A stretch of 64,000 bases of DNA from Hamiltosporidium tvaerminnensis FI-OER-3-3 (taxonomy: Eukaryota > Fungi > Microsporidia). This document shows, piece after piece, positions 12,420-26,800 of this stretch. The notes beneath the pieces were generated by a model, which was not told the DNA's origin, made no database searches, and saw nothing but the letters and a program-made list of their open reading frames with translations. A program made the position numbers and the translations under genes. Within the stretch, counting starts at the first letter, position 1, and each line of letters begins with the position of its first letter. The stretch covers positions 1-64,000 of the forward strand of contig CM061246.1 in assembly GCA_022605425.2 (NCBI GenBank), in the 5' to 3' direction.

Positions 12420-14855
12420 TAAAGCGTGAAGTATTTATAATTTTTCTAGTGGTCTAAATGTTTCTTATTAGGTTCCTAATATATTTCTTCTTTAATATGC
12501 TTTTTTCTATTTTTTAATTTCCGGTTTTGTTTGTGACAATTTGCTTAAATTATTATTCTACTAAGTTATTATTTTAACAATCACTTTAGTATGCTATCAT
12601 TTTTTAGATCTAACATCCATTTCTATTTTCTATGTTACTTGACACTCATGCAAACAGTTTTTTCTCAACTAAAGCAAATCTGGTTAATTTAATCTTTAAT
12701 TTAGAGATTAGAGTTACCCTTTTCAAACTAATGTATAATTTTATTTTTTTTTGAGGAATTAATTTTATTTTTTAGTCATCTATTAAAATTTTTGTATTTA
12801 TTTCAAATAGTTTATAAATAACATATAATTTAGTAGTATTACTTCTCATATGATTTTAAGGTGTTAAGTCTAACAAGCTTATAAAATTTACCATAATTGG
12901 AAGTTTTTTAGAATAAGGTATTAGATGTTTTTTTATAATTATATAGAACATTCGGGCTATAAAAAACTTATTCATATTCTAAAAATACGATTTTGTAATC
13001 TTGTTCATTATATGTTGTGTTCAGCCTAAATATGGCCGTATTAAATTTTTGTAAATTGTTGTGAAAAAGCCTGAGTATATTGATGGAAACATTGATTGTA
13101 TAGGGATTTCATACGTAACTTTTGATTTCTATTTAACCTTATACTATTCACTTTTCGTTTAATTTCACAAACTGCCAAACATTTTTATATTTCTATTGTT
13201 TATTTTACTTGACAAGAATATAAATCTAAGTAAAATAAAGATTTCATGTGAAAGAGTATTTAAACATTATATATACTACCTATAGGTGAATAAATCAGAA
13301 AAGTAATCATATTGCCTTTCTTAAAATAAATTTGATATTCTTTTAGATCTTAATTTATGCGGTCTTTAATTTTTTATAAATATGCAAAAAATCTATATTA
13401 GATGATTTTAAGATTTGATTATTCTTACTATATCGATCCTATACATAAATAGTTTATTTTTATTCTTTAGTAAGATTTAACTAACTTAAATTGCTATATA
13501 TAATTATTTTATTGTAAAAAACTAAATAATTATATATAATCGTAAAATTTTGTATATCAAAATTTCTTAAAGTAATAAATTTGTTTTTTCTAGCCTATTT
13601 TTATATTAAAAATATATTTCCATGATAATTCTACATTAATTATTTGTTTATTTTAAAGTTCGTAATTTATCTACCTATTTAAAGACAAACAATACACCTA
13701 AATTTTAAATGGTAGGGTTATCTCTTTTATAGTTTTCCTAGATCTTTAATTTTCTTCGGACCAATACGGATTTACACAAACAATAATTCAAAGAAAAAAA
13801 ATTAAATAATATTTTAATTTACTATTAAGATAGGGAATTTTTAACAAATATATAGTTTAGTCTAAACTTAATTTTTTAGTTCATTTTTTAATGCATATTT
13901 TCTTAATCGAGCTTTACACCGATGAAAAAATCTTCAAAGATGAAGAAACACCTATAATGATCTGAATTAGAAGATATTGATAATATTTTTATATCTAGAT
14001 ATATTTATAAGTGGATATTACATCATAAAGATTAAAAAGGAAATAAATTTTAGGAAAATAGCCTATATTAAGATTCAGCAACTGAAATTTTTATAATAGT
14101 GTTTGTGGATTTCTAGATTATCAATTCGAAAGTTTTATTTTTCTTATTTAAAGAGACAGAAAGGCAATTGTTATTAAAAATTACAAAAACTATAAATAGG
14201 GCTGAGTTTTTAATGTCGACCAATCTTCTACAATTAAATTAGAACCATCTTATTAAGAATCTAGTATATCTTCCTTCTATTTATAAGGAATATTCCTAAT
14301 GTAGAAGCCGTATAAACAAGTGCCCCAATCAACTAATATTTTTACAAGAAATTCGAAGGTGAATTTATATATTCTAAACATCCTAAGCTGATTTGATTAT
14401 AAAAGTGTATCGGTAAAGCCATTTACATCTGTTACAACTATGATCCAAAGGGTAGTATCAAAGAACTCATCCGATCTTGGTTAAAGTCAGATCTACTAAA
14501 TAAGTGAAAAAATTCACTTATAATATATTAGTAGAAAGCCATACCAATATCATTAACCTAAATACAATAACTCTAAAGCAAAGAGTCTAAATATGAGACG
14601 CAATTGCCTATTTGAAAAGATTCGAAGTAAAGATATATATCATAACTATAAAAAAGGTTAAAATAATGTGCTGTGGTTCATAACCCAAACTTTTTAAAAA
14701 TCAATTACCTATATTTACTTTGGAACTCAAAACGTTATTCTTATCAATTAGCCTGAACTATTTTTATAAACGTAGAAAGAACCTATCTGTTCTTTATGAT
14801 ATATGAGTCTGGTGTAGGCTCAATGATTGAGATGTTTTCTTTTTGAATTATGTGT
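12420..14855 (-). pseudogene. Family A paralog 2
   Basis: Colinear shared blocks with paralog 1 (AAATATGGCCGTATTAAATTTT at ~13028; AAAAATTACAAAAACTATAAATAG at ~14176; TTTATGATATATGA..GTGTAGGCTC at ~14793). Stops and frameshifts present. Confidence 0.8.
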
Positions 14856-14869
14856 TATACCCAATAATC

Positions 14870-16472
14870 ATTCAAAACCACTTCAAATCCAACTTTTCGA
14901 TTTTCGATTTTTACTTGTTTGATCAATTTTAGATTTTTGCCCATCATAATTTAGCATCATTTTAAAACATTAATAGATTTGTTAGAAATAAGAATAAATA
15001 ATTTTTTTTGTATACTAAATAAATTTTTGCACATCCGTAGTTTTGAAATTTCATTATCTATTTTAAATATATATTTCTAAGGATTTGAAAAAACAACTAT
15101 TTTAACCTTAGACGTATGTGCAATTGTATATTTGAACTTATTTTTTATTTCAATAAATTTTCTAGATTTTTCTTTGAAAATTAATATCTTTTTGCATTTT
15201 AGAAACATTTCATTTATTTTTTAGAATTTCTAGCTTATAATAGAGCACAAAAATATTAAGGTGATGCTCCAGCTTATCAGTAGTCTTTGTTATATAAAAA
15301 TTTATTACATACATGTAGTGAGAAAATTGTATACTAGTAAACTATAAGTAATTACATAAGAGCTAATATAAAATAGAAATAGAAATTCCAAAGTTAAAAT
15401 AAAAAATAAATAATGGGCTTACACATTTATTAAGAAATTCATCCGAAAAATAACGAAATCTACTAAATTATAATATATTGGTATTTTATTGCTACCACAT
15501 GTTCACTTAACACAAAAACATAGCTGTTTGGGCCATATAACCATTGCAAGCTACAAATAAAACAACTTTTATACAAGAACGCATATCTATGGAACTAAAA
15601 TAAAAAATCTCTGTGGTTTGACACCCTGCATCTACTTTATTTTTTAATCATTTTCAGTGTCACACAGTTTTCTTATTTATTTGAAAATTTTTTAAATAAT
15701 TCTTATTCTGATCTTAAATGAGATCTAGTAGAGAACAAAAAGTAAATAGATTACCTTAGAGTTATTATAAACATAATTCGATTTTTAAGACCTATCTTTT
15801 AATACTTCAATTTGTTATTTAAAAGCATAAAAATTTTCATTTTGGTATTTTTGTAAAGTCTATTTATCTTATACTGTATAGCTGTAAAAAGAAGAGATGT
15901 ATCATGTTGGAAATCATACAAAGCTTTTTAAATACAAGTACAACCATTTGATATATAAGTATTTAAATCAGAATATTAAGCAGAAGTCTTAATAATTCAT
16001 TACATTTTAGAAATAAGTCTTTCCTTTTGAAAATTACAAATAAATCAGGGTTTAAATAAGATATGGTATATGAATTAAGACTTTTCATATATATCTCGCA
16101 TTCTTAATATATATTTTTGCTTAGGTTTATAATATTTTTTATTTATATTACGATTTTTTTATGTCACGAAAGATAATTATTTTCATTAATTTATAAACTT
16201 CGAATCTGTTTCAAATGTTACAGGATAAATATTTGACAAAAATATATTTTTGAAACCATTTTTTTAAATTAACACTGTAATGAAGAACCTCTTAAAAAAA
16301 GTAGAGCTTAAAATATTTTTTTATTTATTCCCAAAAGCTAGATGTATTTGTGTTAACACTTAATTGAAGCTGATAAATTTATATTCAAATATATCTAATT
16401 GGCTTTTATTACATCCATGGAAGGAAATATGTTATGATATATAAATATAAAATTAAATTTAAATTGTTCTAT
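14870..16472 (-). pseudogene. Family B paralog 1 (possibly the N-terminal part of the same gene as family A)
   Basis: Colinear with 49860-51530 (CATCATAATT.AGCAT; TTATTTTTAGA.TTTCTA; ATGTCACGA.AGAT; AAATTGTTC). Disrupted frames. Confidence 0.7.
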
Positions 16473-18270
16473 TAAATCATATATGGGATTTATGCGTACC
16501 TCTGGATTTCTATATAACCTCATATTAGATACTTTCTCGAAAATTGAGCAAACTGCCAGGTATCGTTAGGTATTATGTATGCATTGCTCCTTTAGCACAA
16601 AAAAAATACAAATATAATATGAAAGAAATATATACAAGTGAAAAGGGTATTTGAATTTTATTTATACTACTTTTACGAAAATTTAGGAGTTGTGTAATAT
16701 TATTGCTAGTGTCAATTTTATTGTGATATTCTCTCAATCTATACAGACATTAATTTTTTATTCATATGACTATAAACCATATAAATTAACTCAATATGTA
16801 GTTCACCTTAATATATCCATATAAAAAAATCCTTTGTTTTTCACTATGTAGTCTTATTGTGCTGACATAAATTATTTTTATTATAAGTATATTGATTGTT
16901 TTTAATAATCTTAATTCTCTTTTTTTGAAATATATAGTATACAGTAAGATATACAAAATAAATTCAAATAAAAATATAGTACGATAGAATCTCTTTCGAA
17001 AAATGTGTTTATATACCAATTATATACTGAAAGCAAATTTAAATAAAAGTTTTTACATTAAGTATTTGTATATTTTAATTTTCTTAACCCTATTTCTTTT
17101 GTTTAAACAAATTCTACAACTAATCCTTAAAATAGTTTAATTTTGTCTAGTTTTGGGTGTTAAATTTGTTTATACAGTCGTGCATATAATACAAAAAATA
17201 TTTTACCTGATATTTCAAGTTTATTTTAAAAGTAGATAAACCTTAAACAAAGTTGTTCATTTAAAACTAAATTAAATACTAGTTTTTTCCATATAACTAA
17301 TATAAATAATATTTCTTGTTTATATGTAAAGCTAAGAATTTATTTTCAAACTTTTTGGAAATTAATTTGAATAAAGTAATATAATAGAATCAAAGATACA
17401 TTTATTTCAAAATGTATTTATAGATGAATATTATACTGTAATAAGTAAAAAATCAAGTATGTTTATTAAAGTAGACGTTTATTCTAATTCACTAAATAAA
17501 ATTTTTGATTGGGTTTGTTGGTTCAAATATCATATTATAAAATTAAGATTTCAAGACTTAAAATATAAAAAGAAGCACAATTGGTAGGTCAAAACTTCAA
17601 TATGTAGGAACAATCTTGGATTTTTTATCATCTGGAATCGTATACATGTGACCTAGCACTATCTTATCATTAAACTTCTATTACCTAACCAACTGTATAA
17701 AGGTTACACCTAATTAAACGAAAGAAACAAGTTCCACAATCAAGTACAATATAGGTTCCAAAAAATTTGCAGCAAATTTATACTTTTTAAACTACCTAAT
17801 CTGATTTGTATCATGAAAAGAGTATGTAAGATTTTTTTAATATTTAGCTCCTATAGAATATAAAAGGCAATGTGTAAGAACTCAAGCGATTTTTTCCAAG
17901 TCGGATTTAACCAGAAAATTAAATTAGAGCACTTAGTATACATCTATAAATAATTTTAATGATATCAGAAATACTTTTACATAATCTGAAATACAAATGG
18001 TTACCTTCATATACAGATTTATTTATTAGCAAATTTTTGGAGTAAATAACTATACGATAAAGAAATCTATAAAATATTAGTTAAGTTTTAAAAAAAAAAC
18101 TTTCATTAAATTCAATTACTATATTTAATCATTAAAAATAATACTTTATGTCTCAAACTATCTCTTGTATTTTATATATAACTACACATGAAATCTTGAT
18201 GATATATAAACGAGTTAAGGTTTTAAAAACTGATATACTCTTATCGAACAAATGGGTTATTCCTAAGCTA
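16473..18270 (-). pseudogene. Family A paralog 3, more diverged, 3' part missing
   Basis: GGATTTCTATATAACCTCATATTAG..AAATTGAGCAAA (16504-16552), GTTTGTTGGTT (~17513) and AAGTCGGATTTAACCA (~17898) match the other copies. Confidence 0.7.
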
Positions 18271-20289
18271 TATTTATTCTAGAATTAAGTAACAGTTATA
18301 TACTTTAAGATATACCTTACTGGGCACACATTGAATATATTATGAATTTTCTATAACACTTCTATTAGCAAAGATCGATTGTACTTTTTGAGAAAATAGA
18401 ATACCATATTCATAACTAAATAAAATATTTTTCGGATAGACTATTTCGAATTAAATTTATGACACCAAGAAATATATTTACCCATTTAAGGTTTATGTTT
18501 TTAGAATAGCAAATTTATAAAACATACCTTAGATATTAAACCAAGAAATATAAATTACTAATTGCAAAAAATAGAAATATTTAAATTAGATGGGAGCTGA
18601 TAACAAATAGAAGTGTTTAATAGAACAAAGAAGTGCAAAATTTAATTTAAAAAAATTATATTCTTTTTTTTATATATATAAATACAAAGTAGATATTATA
18701 AACCAATTTTAAAATATTTTATTTTTTTATTTATTGTAAATCATTTAATTTCTTTAAAATTTCTTCCTTATGAAACAAACGAATATTTCTTCTTGTTCTA
18801 AAACTTATTTCAATAGAATCCGAAGTAATTTACTGCAATTCTACAATTATGATATTCTAAATATATCCCATAAGTTATTTTAATTCAAATTTATGATAAT
18901 ATCTATATTTCAAGCAGTTTTAAAAAATATATCTAGTTCAATAAAAACTTTATATCTTTTTCTTATCTATAGAAACATAGAAGTATTCTTTTCTGGAATT
19001 CAATTTGGGGAAATTCATTACTTCGAGAAGTCACACCCTGAAAACTTTTATATTTTACAATTAGACTAAAAAAAATTCTATTTGTGCTCCGTTGTAGCCG
19101 AATTACAAATAGGTAAGTATACTGTCAAAATACAATCCAAAATCATTCAACCACTTCCAAACACACTCTCCATAAACCCCTAGAACAAATTTTATCTAGT
19201 TAACCAAATATATATCATTAACTTACATACCACCCAGTACCTCTTCTTTTTTTTTATCAAAATCGTAAAAAGAAAAATTTTGTTCAAATTAAAAAGAAAA
19301 GGAACTCTTAAGATAGAAGCCTCCTTTTCCATAAAAATGGATTTCAAAATAATATAATCAAATCAAACTAAAATTCCCAATCATTTGTTTTATAATAAGT
19401 TTGAGGCGTTGTGCTAGATATCTAAAAGTGCCTTAATATATTTCACTTTCTCATAATTTTTCTATTATTGAAAACAACTTTTACCAAAAAATTCATTTTA
19501 TGAGTAATTCATTGGGATTTTGAAAACAAATCAAACATCATAAACTATCACTGTTGCTGTTATTAAATCTATTATCATCTTTTCTGTTCATATTTTCTGA
19601 TTTACAGCTTCATTTCTTTTTTCGATAAAAAATAGATTTTGATTGAAGAAACGTAGGGTAGAAGTTTTTAAAAAATATAAAGAAATTATTTTTAGAAAAA
19701 TTTATTTTATTTTATTTAATGCCAAGTGAAAGCATAAATGTTAAAAAGAAGAGGGGTATTATGAACTTTTACTTTTTTATTGTCTTGCTTCTATAATTGC
19801 CCATTGTAGCATTATAATATTATTTTAGTAATTCAACATCCTGTATGATTATTATTACAGTTTATCTTTTTTAATTCTAATTTTTTAAATTATGTTTTTC
19901 TGCTAAAGACTTATATTTTGAAACGTTTTATCTGTTCGGTGTTTGTAAAATCTTTTAAATATCTCAAAAAATTTCTAATTCTCATAAAAACCTCTAACAT
20001 GATCTATAAAATCATTTAAATGTAATTTTCCAACAAAATAACAAAAATTTAAATTTTTCAATGTATAAGGGTAAATAATTTATCTTAACTTACTTGTAAT
20101 TTTTATTTAATTCATAACGTCCTAATATATAATCAGAATTTAAAAACTGAAATAGCAAAAACAAAAAAATTATTCATAGAATTAAGAAACAGAAAAAAAG
20201 TATTTATCAACAAGTTTCTGAAAGTAAATATAAATTTAAATGGAAATTAAATGGAAGAAATTGTTAAGTATGAAATATTTGAATAAAAA

Positions 20290-20825
20290 TTTCGATATAT
20301 GAAACCATTTAAGATCCATCAAAATAAAATTTTGCCAAACTAATTTTCTACTATTATCTTTCTGATAGTTTTCTTTATTCTTGGTATATATACTCCTTCT
20401 AAGAAATTTTAATAAGGGGAAACCTATATTTAATTATTTTAATTATTTAATTTCTACCAATAAAGCCAAAAGATATTAATACGAACCAATATCATAAAAA
20501 TTATCGGCATTAAATTTGCAGTATTATTTTGTAGGAAAACTGGGCAGCTTTTTAAAACAAAATATGGGCTATTTTTAAAGCATTAAAGATAGTCAGGGTT
20601 TATATAAAACGCCTTCTTATAATTCTATTCGTATCTTTAAGGCTGACTACATTATAAAGCTGTCTTATTTAAAGGTTTTGTGGAATATGTTTAAAACAAA
20701 AGGCAGTTATTCTAAAATAATTTTTCTGTTGAAATATGATTGTTGGTTTGATTTCACTTTAAAATATCACGCGTACACATCCTTTTATCGCTATACCATC
20801 TTATATTTTAGTATATCTTCATTTA
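20290..20825 (+). pseudogene. Family C paralog
   Basis: Local homology to 12200-12400. A weaker match lies near 24580-24740. Confidence 0.35.
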
Positions 20826-23800
20826 TAAAGTAACCCGGAGAATACCGAGAGTTTATTTGGGCAAAAAATGTTCTATAAAAAGACATAAGTGGTTATATCG
20901 TTCCCTAGATCATTAAAGATTTGCATTTTTCTATCTTCCAGCACCGGGTGTTAAAATTTGGTTGCAAAATCACCGGTTTTGAGTTTAAATACTATTGCTA
21001 CATGCTCTATCGCTTTTACATTTCGTTACATGAACACTCAAAAAGATCAAGAAAAAAATTCGCATATTTAGGCTGTTCTTCCTAGTACCAACTATTACAG
21101 AGCAGCCGAGGATGTAGTGAAGTTTAATTCTTACATAAAAGACAAATTATGATCTGTACCAAACCTTTATGTCTAAATCTAGCTGTTTCTTATTACTGTT
21201 GATATTTTAACACTACCTCATTCCAAAAATAAATTTTCTCAATATACTAAAGGGTTATTTGTCTTTGTAATTCTGGATGTTTCTAAAATTAGTATTTTTT
21301 GAAGTTTTAACTAATTGTATATGTCGTTCTTGAATTATCATATGTAAATAATGGTTCATGTTTGACGCAGAAAAGAAAATTCACACATCACGTTAATTTT
21401 CTTAAATTTTAAAATTTTAATAGAAACCAAAAATTTTACATTCCGCTATATTTCTCAGATAGTATAGTTTGATTTTTGGTATACTTAGTAAAATTATTAA
21501 GGGTTTGCAGATATACTTACATATAATAGAAGTTTAATATTTCTTTGTACCATAAATATTTTAATTTTATACTTAGTTACCATATAGTCTCCGCAAATCG
21601 ACAATTTGCAGTTTATTTAAATTTCGGAATAGATTATCAAATAAAATATGCAACCGTTTCAAGCAAAAAAATATTTTGTGACTATATTAGAATATGAACC
21701 TAATTCATATAAGCTAAATTCTATATGATCACTGCTTTTTTCTCGACGGTTCAAACCCCTTATTCTCATCATTTTTACCTTAAAACAATTTTTAATTCCG
21801 ATTTTATCTGTCATAAGAATGTTATGAGTATTTTATAAACTAGTTTGAAGGCTTTGGATTTACCTTTAATGCCTATTAAAAATCTGTAATATGCTGATAA
21901 AAAAAATCGGTAAGTTACTTGTATTCTATAACTAATAAATCTATTCTAAAAAAAGTCAAAAGATTTAATTGAAAAATATTTTTTTTAGAAAGATGTTCAA
22001 TTTTTCAAAAAAATATTTTTATCAAAAAAAAAAATCAAAATATTCCGAAGATATTTAAATTTACCCAATTACTTTTTTAAAGAAAAAAAAAGAATGCCTT
22101 TGAAATTTTAGAATTATTTCTTGATTTACATTTAGTTTTCTTTATATTAAAAGCATATATCCGTTTACTATGTTCCTATTTTCTTGGTGCTATATTAAAT
22201 AGATATTACTTATACTTTTTCTTTTTGTTTTCTCAAAGCGGATAACAAATTTTGGTTCCAAATAAGTATTGTAAGGCTTATAAAAGTTTTTCTTGGTATA
22301 TACCCACTCGGTTTAAATATGTAATTTTCTCAACATAAATGATAGAAAAAATGACTTTTCTGCTGAAGACGTTCTGATGTAGTGCTAATGCCAAATCTGG
22401 GAAGAAAATTAAATTCTCTATTTAGGTTATAATTTAACCCTTGTTGTATCTTTATTGTAATCTTTAATAAATTATGCCTTTTTTGACGATTTCGAGACAA
22501 ATTTGAAAATCTAAGAAATGTAATTTTGAGATATAAGATATGTAAACGGAAATTATATATTTTTTAAAAAAGTTAAGAAGGTAAATTTGCTGCAGGAAAT
22601 ATTTTCCTTAAATTTTTGTAGGATATACGGTTGTGTCCAAGATAGTCATCCTTTTTTTAAATTAAATTTTAGGAAATATATCTTGTGATAATAGCTGTCT
22701 AAAAAGTTTATATTTTTTATCATTATTTCCATATAAAAGTATTTTTTATCGTTTAAAAAAGAAACGTTAAGTGAGGTTTAAATTTTGTTCTTCGTGTATA
22801 TATTATAAAATTTTAACCTCTTTTATGTAAATACATTATAAGTTAAAAAAGAATTTTATTGAAAAGCTTAAATTTTCAACGAAATATATTTTTATTCTAA
22901 GATGAAAAGGGTATTATGAAAGTGAAGATAATTGCGTTATATAGCAGGGTTAGAACACAATTATTCTGGTATAAGTATGGAGACCAACAAAAAAATTTTA
23001 ATTATGCCTATATTGCAAAATGTTTAAAGATTAAATATATATAAGACAATTGGTAATTTTATTTGCGCCAAAACAAAATCGCAGATCTTAAAAAAATATT
23101 GACTATTAATTTTTTTTGTCAGAAATTAAAAAAAACGTTTTTTTGTTCGGGAATTACATTGAAACTAAAAAAATAATAATAGAAAACCCCCGAGCCGGTA
23201 TTACTCAGGCTCTAAACTAGGATAAGCACTCGTACCAAAAAATGTAAATATATATAAAAAAACATAAAAATATTGTATGCTTAACCTCATATCAATACAC
23301 CATAGGAACAAAAATAGATCAAATTTTATATTTGAAATGACCTTGTCATTATATTACAAAATTTACTTTTACAATTTATTTCACTTCTTTTATATTACAA
23401 TTTACAAGCCTTACTTTATTTAAATATTTTAAAAACCTCCATGTTATAATTAATTCTAAGGGAGTTATATACCATGCAATCGTCTTTATAGGTTTTTTTC
23501 TTTTCTGATGAATCAATAATTGTAAAAGTAATTTCTGTATCCCACTTTCTAATATATATAGCATTTAGAAGGTTCTTAGTTTAAAAAGCGAATTTTCTGA
23601 TATTTTAATTTAAATCTTAATTTTATGATTTTTTTTGTTTTAAATTTGACTACAAAAATAAAACATCTAAAAATATTCTTTAAACTAGTATCTTCTAAAT
23701 GTCATATACAAAAAACTGAGGATAAAAAATTCTTCAAACAAAACGTTTCAACTAAAAAAGAAGTAGATCTTTCGATTGTTGCATGTTCCTATAATTTTGC

Positions 23801-25479
23801 AATTGCATAAAGACAGTTTTAAAATGCAAATATCAGTACATTTTGAAATGTAAAAAAGGATGAATCCATTGGTCTGTTCTATTTAAATTACATTCCGTAT
23901 TTTTAATCATCTTGTTTCTCTTTAACTTTTCAAAAAAAATAAAAATGATACGTTTCATCAGAGAAAAAGGGAGCTATATTTCATAAGGAGGAAGAGTTTA
24001 AAAAATATAAATTCTACTTTTTTTTTCTAAATAAGTTTCAATTGGTTAATTTATTTTTAGGGTAACTTATTTAAATTAAAATAAATTTTCATCCAATTGC
24101 TAATTCTAATTTCTTAGAAAATTTGCAAGAGTAAAATATTGTATAACTATAGCTTTTTATAAATGTATAAAAGATATTTAGATTTTTAAGAATATCCTTT
24201 GTAATAATATTGTAAAGTTAATAAAAAAATTAACTATGTGTATTTTGTTATTGTATTACTTTGTTAAAATCTGAAAATTTTTGTCATTATAATTATTATG
24301 TAGAATTAAGTCGAAAAAAATAATTTTAGTTCTTTTGCTTTAAACAGTTATGAACGGACAGAATAGGCGAAATTTAAATTATTCTTTTTATAGCGGTAGT
24401 TCTCTTTAGAAATGTTTTTCAATGAGCTATTAGATTATTTTATTACCATTTTAAATATTTTTATTTCAAGCTAATTCTAAACATTTATTTCTACTTGATT
24501 TTAATCAAGATTTACTTCGGTATTTTTGTAGGGACTTATCCAAAAAGCATTTTTGTCATTTAAGCGATCTGAGAATAATAGATAGATTGTAATGTTAGGC
24601 CTGGGAAAAGCGTTTTTATTGAACTATATTGAATGTACAGCAGAATATGATTTACGTCTTATACCCATAATGACGCCTTTATAACGCAATTCGGTTTGAG
24701 TAATAATCGTTGGATCCTGCTATCATATTCTTTATTTAGTTTTATAACGGTAGAATTATATTTTGATATTTTTTCTCGGAAATCTTAGCTTTATATTATA
24801 TATTAAATTTTGACTTATAAATGTTTTATATATTTATACGAAGAAATTACTATATCTATAACGTATTTAGAATAAACTTACAAGTTTTCAACGTATTAAG
24901 CGCTCGCTTATGGAATACATTTATTAGTTATTTGGCTTTTTAAAAATTTTTATTTCTGATATTTAATATTTCAAAGCAGACTTAGAAATTTATTAAGACT
25001 TTTGATTTATCTATTTAAAAACATATTTTATTTTTTAGATCATAATAGCTTTCTAACATATTATGTGTTATATAGAAATTAGAATATTGTAAGAAGTAAT
25101 AAACTTTTTAAGAAGAAATTTTTTACTTTAAACTTGATGCCTTGACTGTTTGAATGGATTCTTCATATATTTTCATGTATCGATATTTTAACATTCTCGG
25201 AAAATTATTCTTTTTAGATTTTATATTTATTAGTAATACTTGTTATTAATTTTTTTCTCTCTTCTCAAAATTTTATTCTAATAAAAAACTTGCATCTAAA
25301 AATCTTACTTTCTTTATAAATTTTTTTAATTTTTGAAGTAATAAGAAATAAATAATTTGTATCTATCAGTTAAAAATAAATATTTTTGTATTTCTGCTAA
25401 GTAGTATTTTATTTTCTCACGGTCGTTTAGAATGTATTAAAAAATTACCTTACTTTTTTTTTCATACACATATTTTTTT

Positions 25480-26800
25480 TAGGTATAATTGTTATGAATA
25501 TTTCATAATAAGAAAGCCTCGGGAGACTATCAAAATATATGTTCGATATTATTTCGACTTAAAAGAATCATGTATATACAAACTTTTGGATAATCTTTGT
25601 CATTATTAAATATCAAAGTAGATGTAACGAACTAATAAATCTGTATATTAATATAATAGATTTATATTTTGAAGAATTATAGTTGGAATCTATTTTTGTA
25701 AAATTTATATTGTAATTTGTGTAACAGTCAATCAAAGAAATATTTTAGTAAAAAAAGTTGCTTTTTTTGAATGAAGTATTTTTCAAGAGGTTTATAAAAA
25801 AAGCGTAAAAGTCTAAAAAATACATATACCCTCACCGGCACAATCTATAACTATTATATAACAAACTTATTCCAAAGACTATAATAAGCTCGAAATAATA
25901 GGCATATGTCTGTAAAAATTCTCGGAAATGGCAGAAGAATGAGAAATTTTGGGCATAAAAACTAAAAGTCGTTCTGCAGTAAATATTATATAAATTTATT
26001 AGATACAGATAGAAATACTCAAAATTTAGAATTATCTAAGGTATTTTGAATTTTATGAGTCAATGTAATAGAATGTCTAAAATAACTTATTGATTCCATT
26101 AATTTAACTCTTAGATAACTGCTATGCACATAGTCACTAGATAAAAACCTAATCTAAAAACAGATGTAAAGTCAATATATTAAAGAAATTCTCGGATATG
26201 TTTATCATACCTCAAAATATGTACCACATCAAATGATTCTGCCAAACCCTTAACAAATGAACAGAAATGCATAATTTACGATCTGAAGTAAAATCTATTG
26301 TAAGAATGCTACAATTCAAACAACAAGATACTCTTTCGTAGTTTTGAAGAGAAATGCAGGCGGTGCTTTACTATTCCTAAGTGATTCATTGTGAATGAGC
26401 ATATTTATGGAACTCTTAATTGGAAAAAAATTGCCGGGCAAGACAAAATACTATGAAAGCACGATGAAAAAACTCTAAAGATCTATTTAGAGATAAGCTT
26501 ATTTATAAAATTTGTTCGTAAATACCCTAAGCATTTATCTCAATCATACAGCAAACTGAATTTAAAATATTCTTAATGAACCAAGATAGCTTAGATATTC
26601 TATAAAATGAGCTAAAAGTAATGGCATGCATTTTTGCGATTAAGTCAATATTCATCGAATAGGCGAATTGATATAGAAGTAAAATAAAAATTACAGAATG
26701 TTTTATAATTAAAAAAATTGGTATCGACAACATTTGGCAGCCGAAAATATTATACGATAGTAAAAAGCCAGGGTAGTTAAATTTTAAGGAGACAATTAAG
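25480..26800 (+). mobile_element. Possible very old Ty3/gypsy pol relic
   Basis: Weak remnants in the expected order: FDLKES (~25552), NFGHK (~25945), FIVNEHIYGTLNW (~26386). No intact motif. Confidence 0.25.

Noticed and set aside
18700-19660. Possible paralogy with 40700-41705, sharing a minus-strand CCCT start-like motif
   Set aside because: Similarity is limited to about 90 AT-rich nt and I could not extend it by eye.
20830-21780. Possible minus-strand RLE (AIEHVA) and APE (IRGLN) remnants
   Set aside because: Single short motifs without supporting neighbours.
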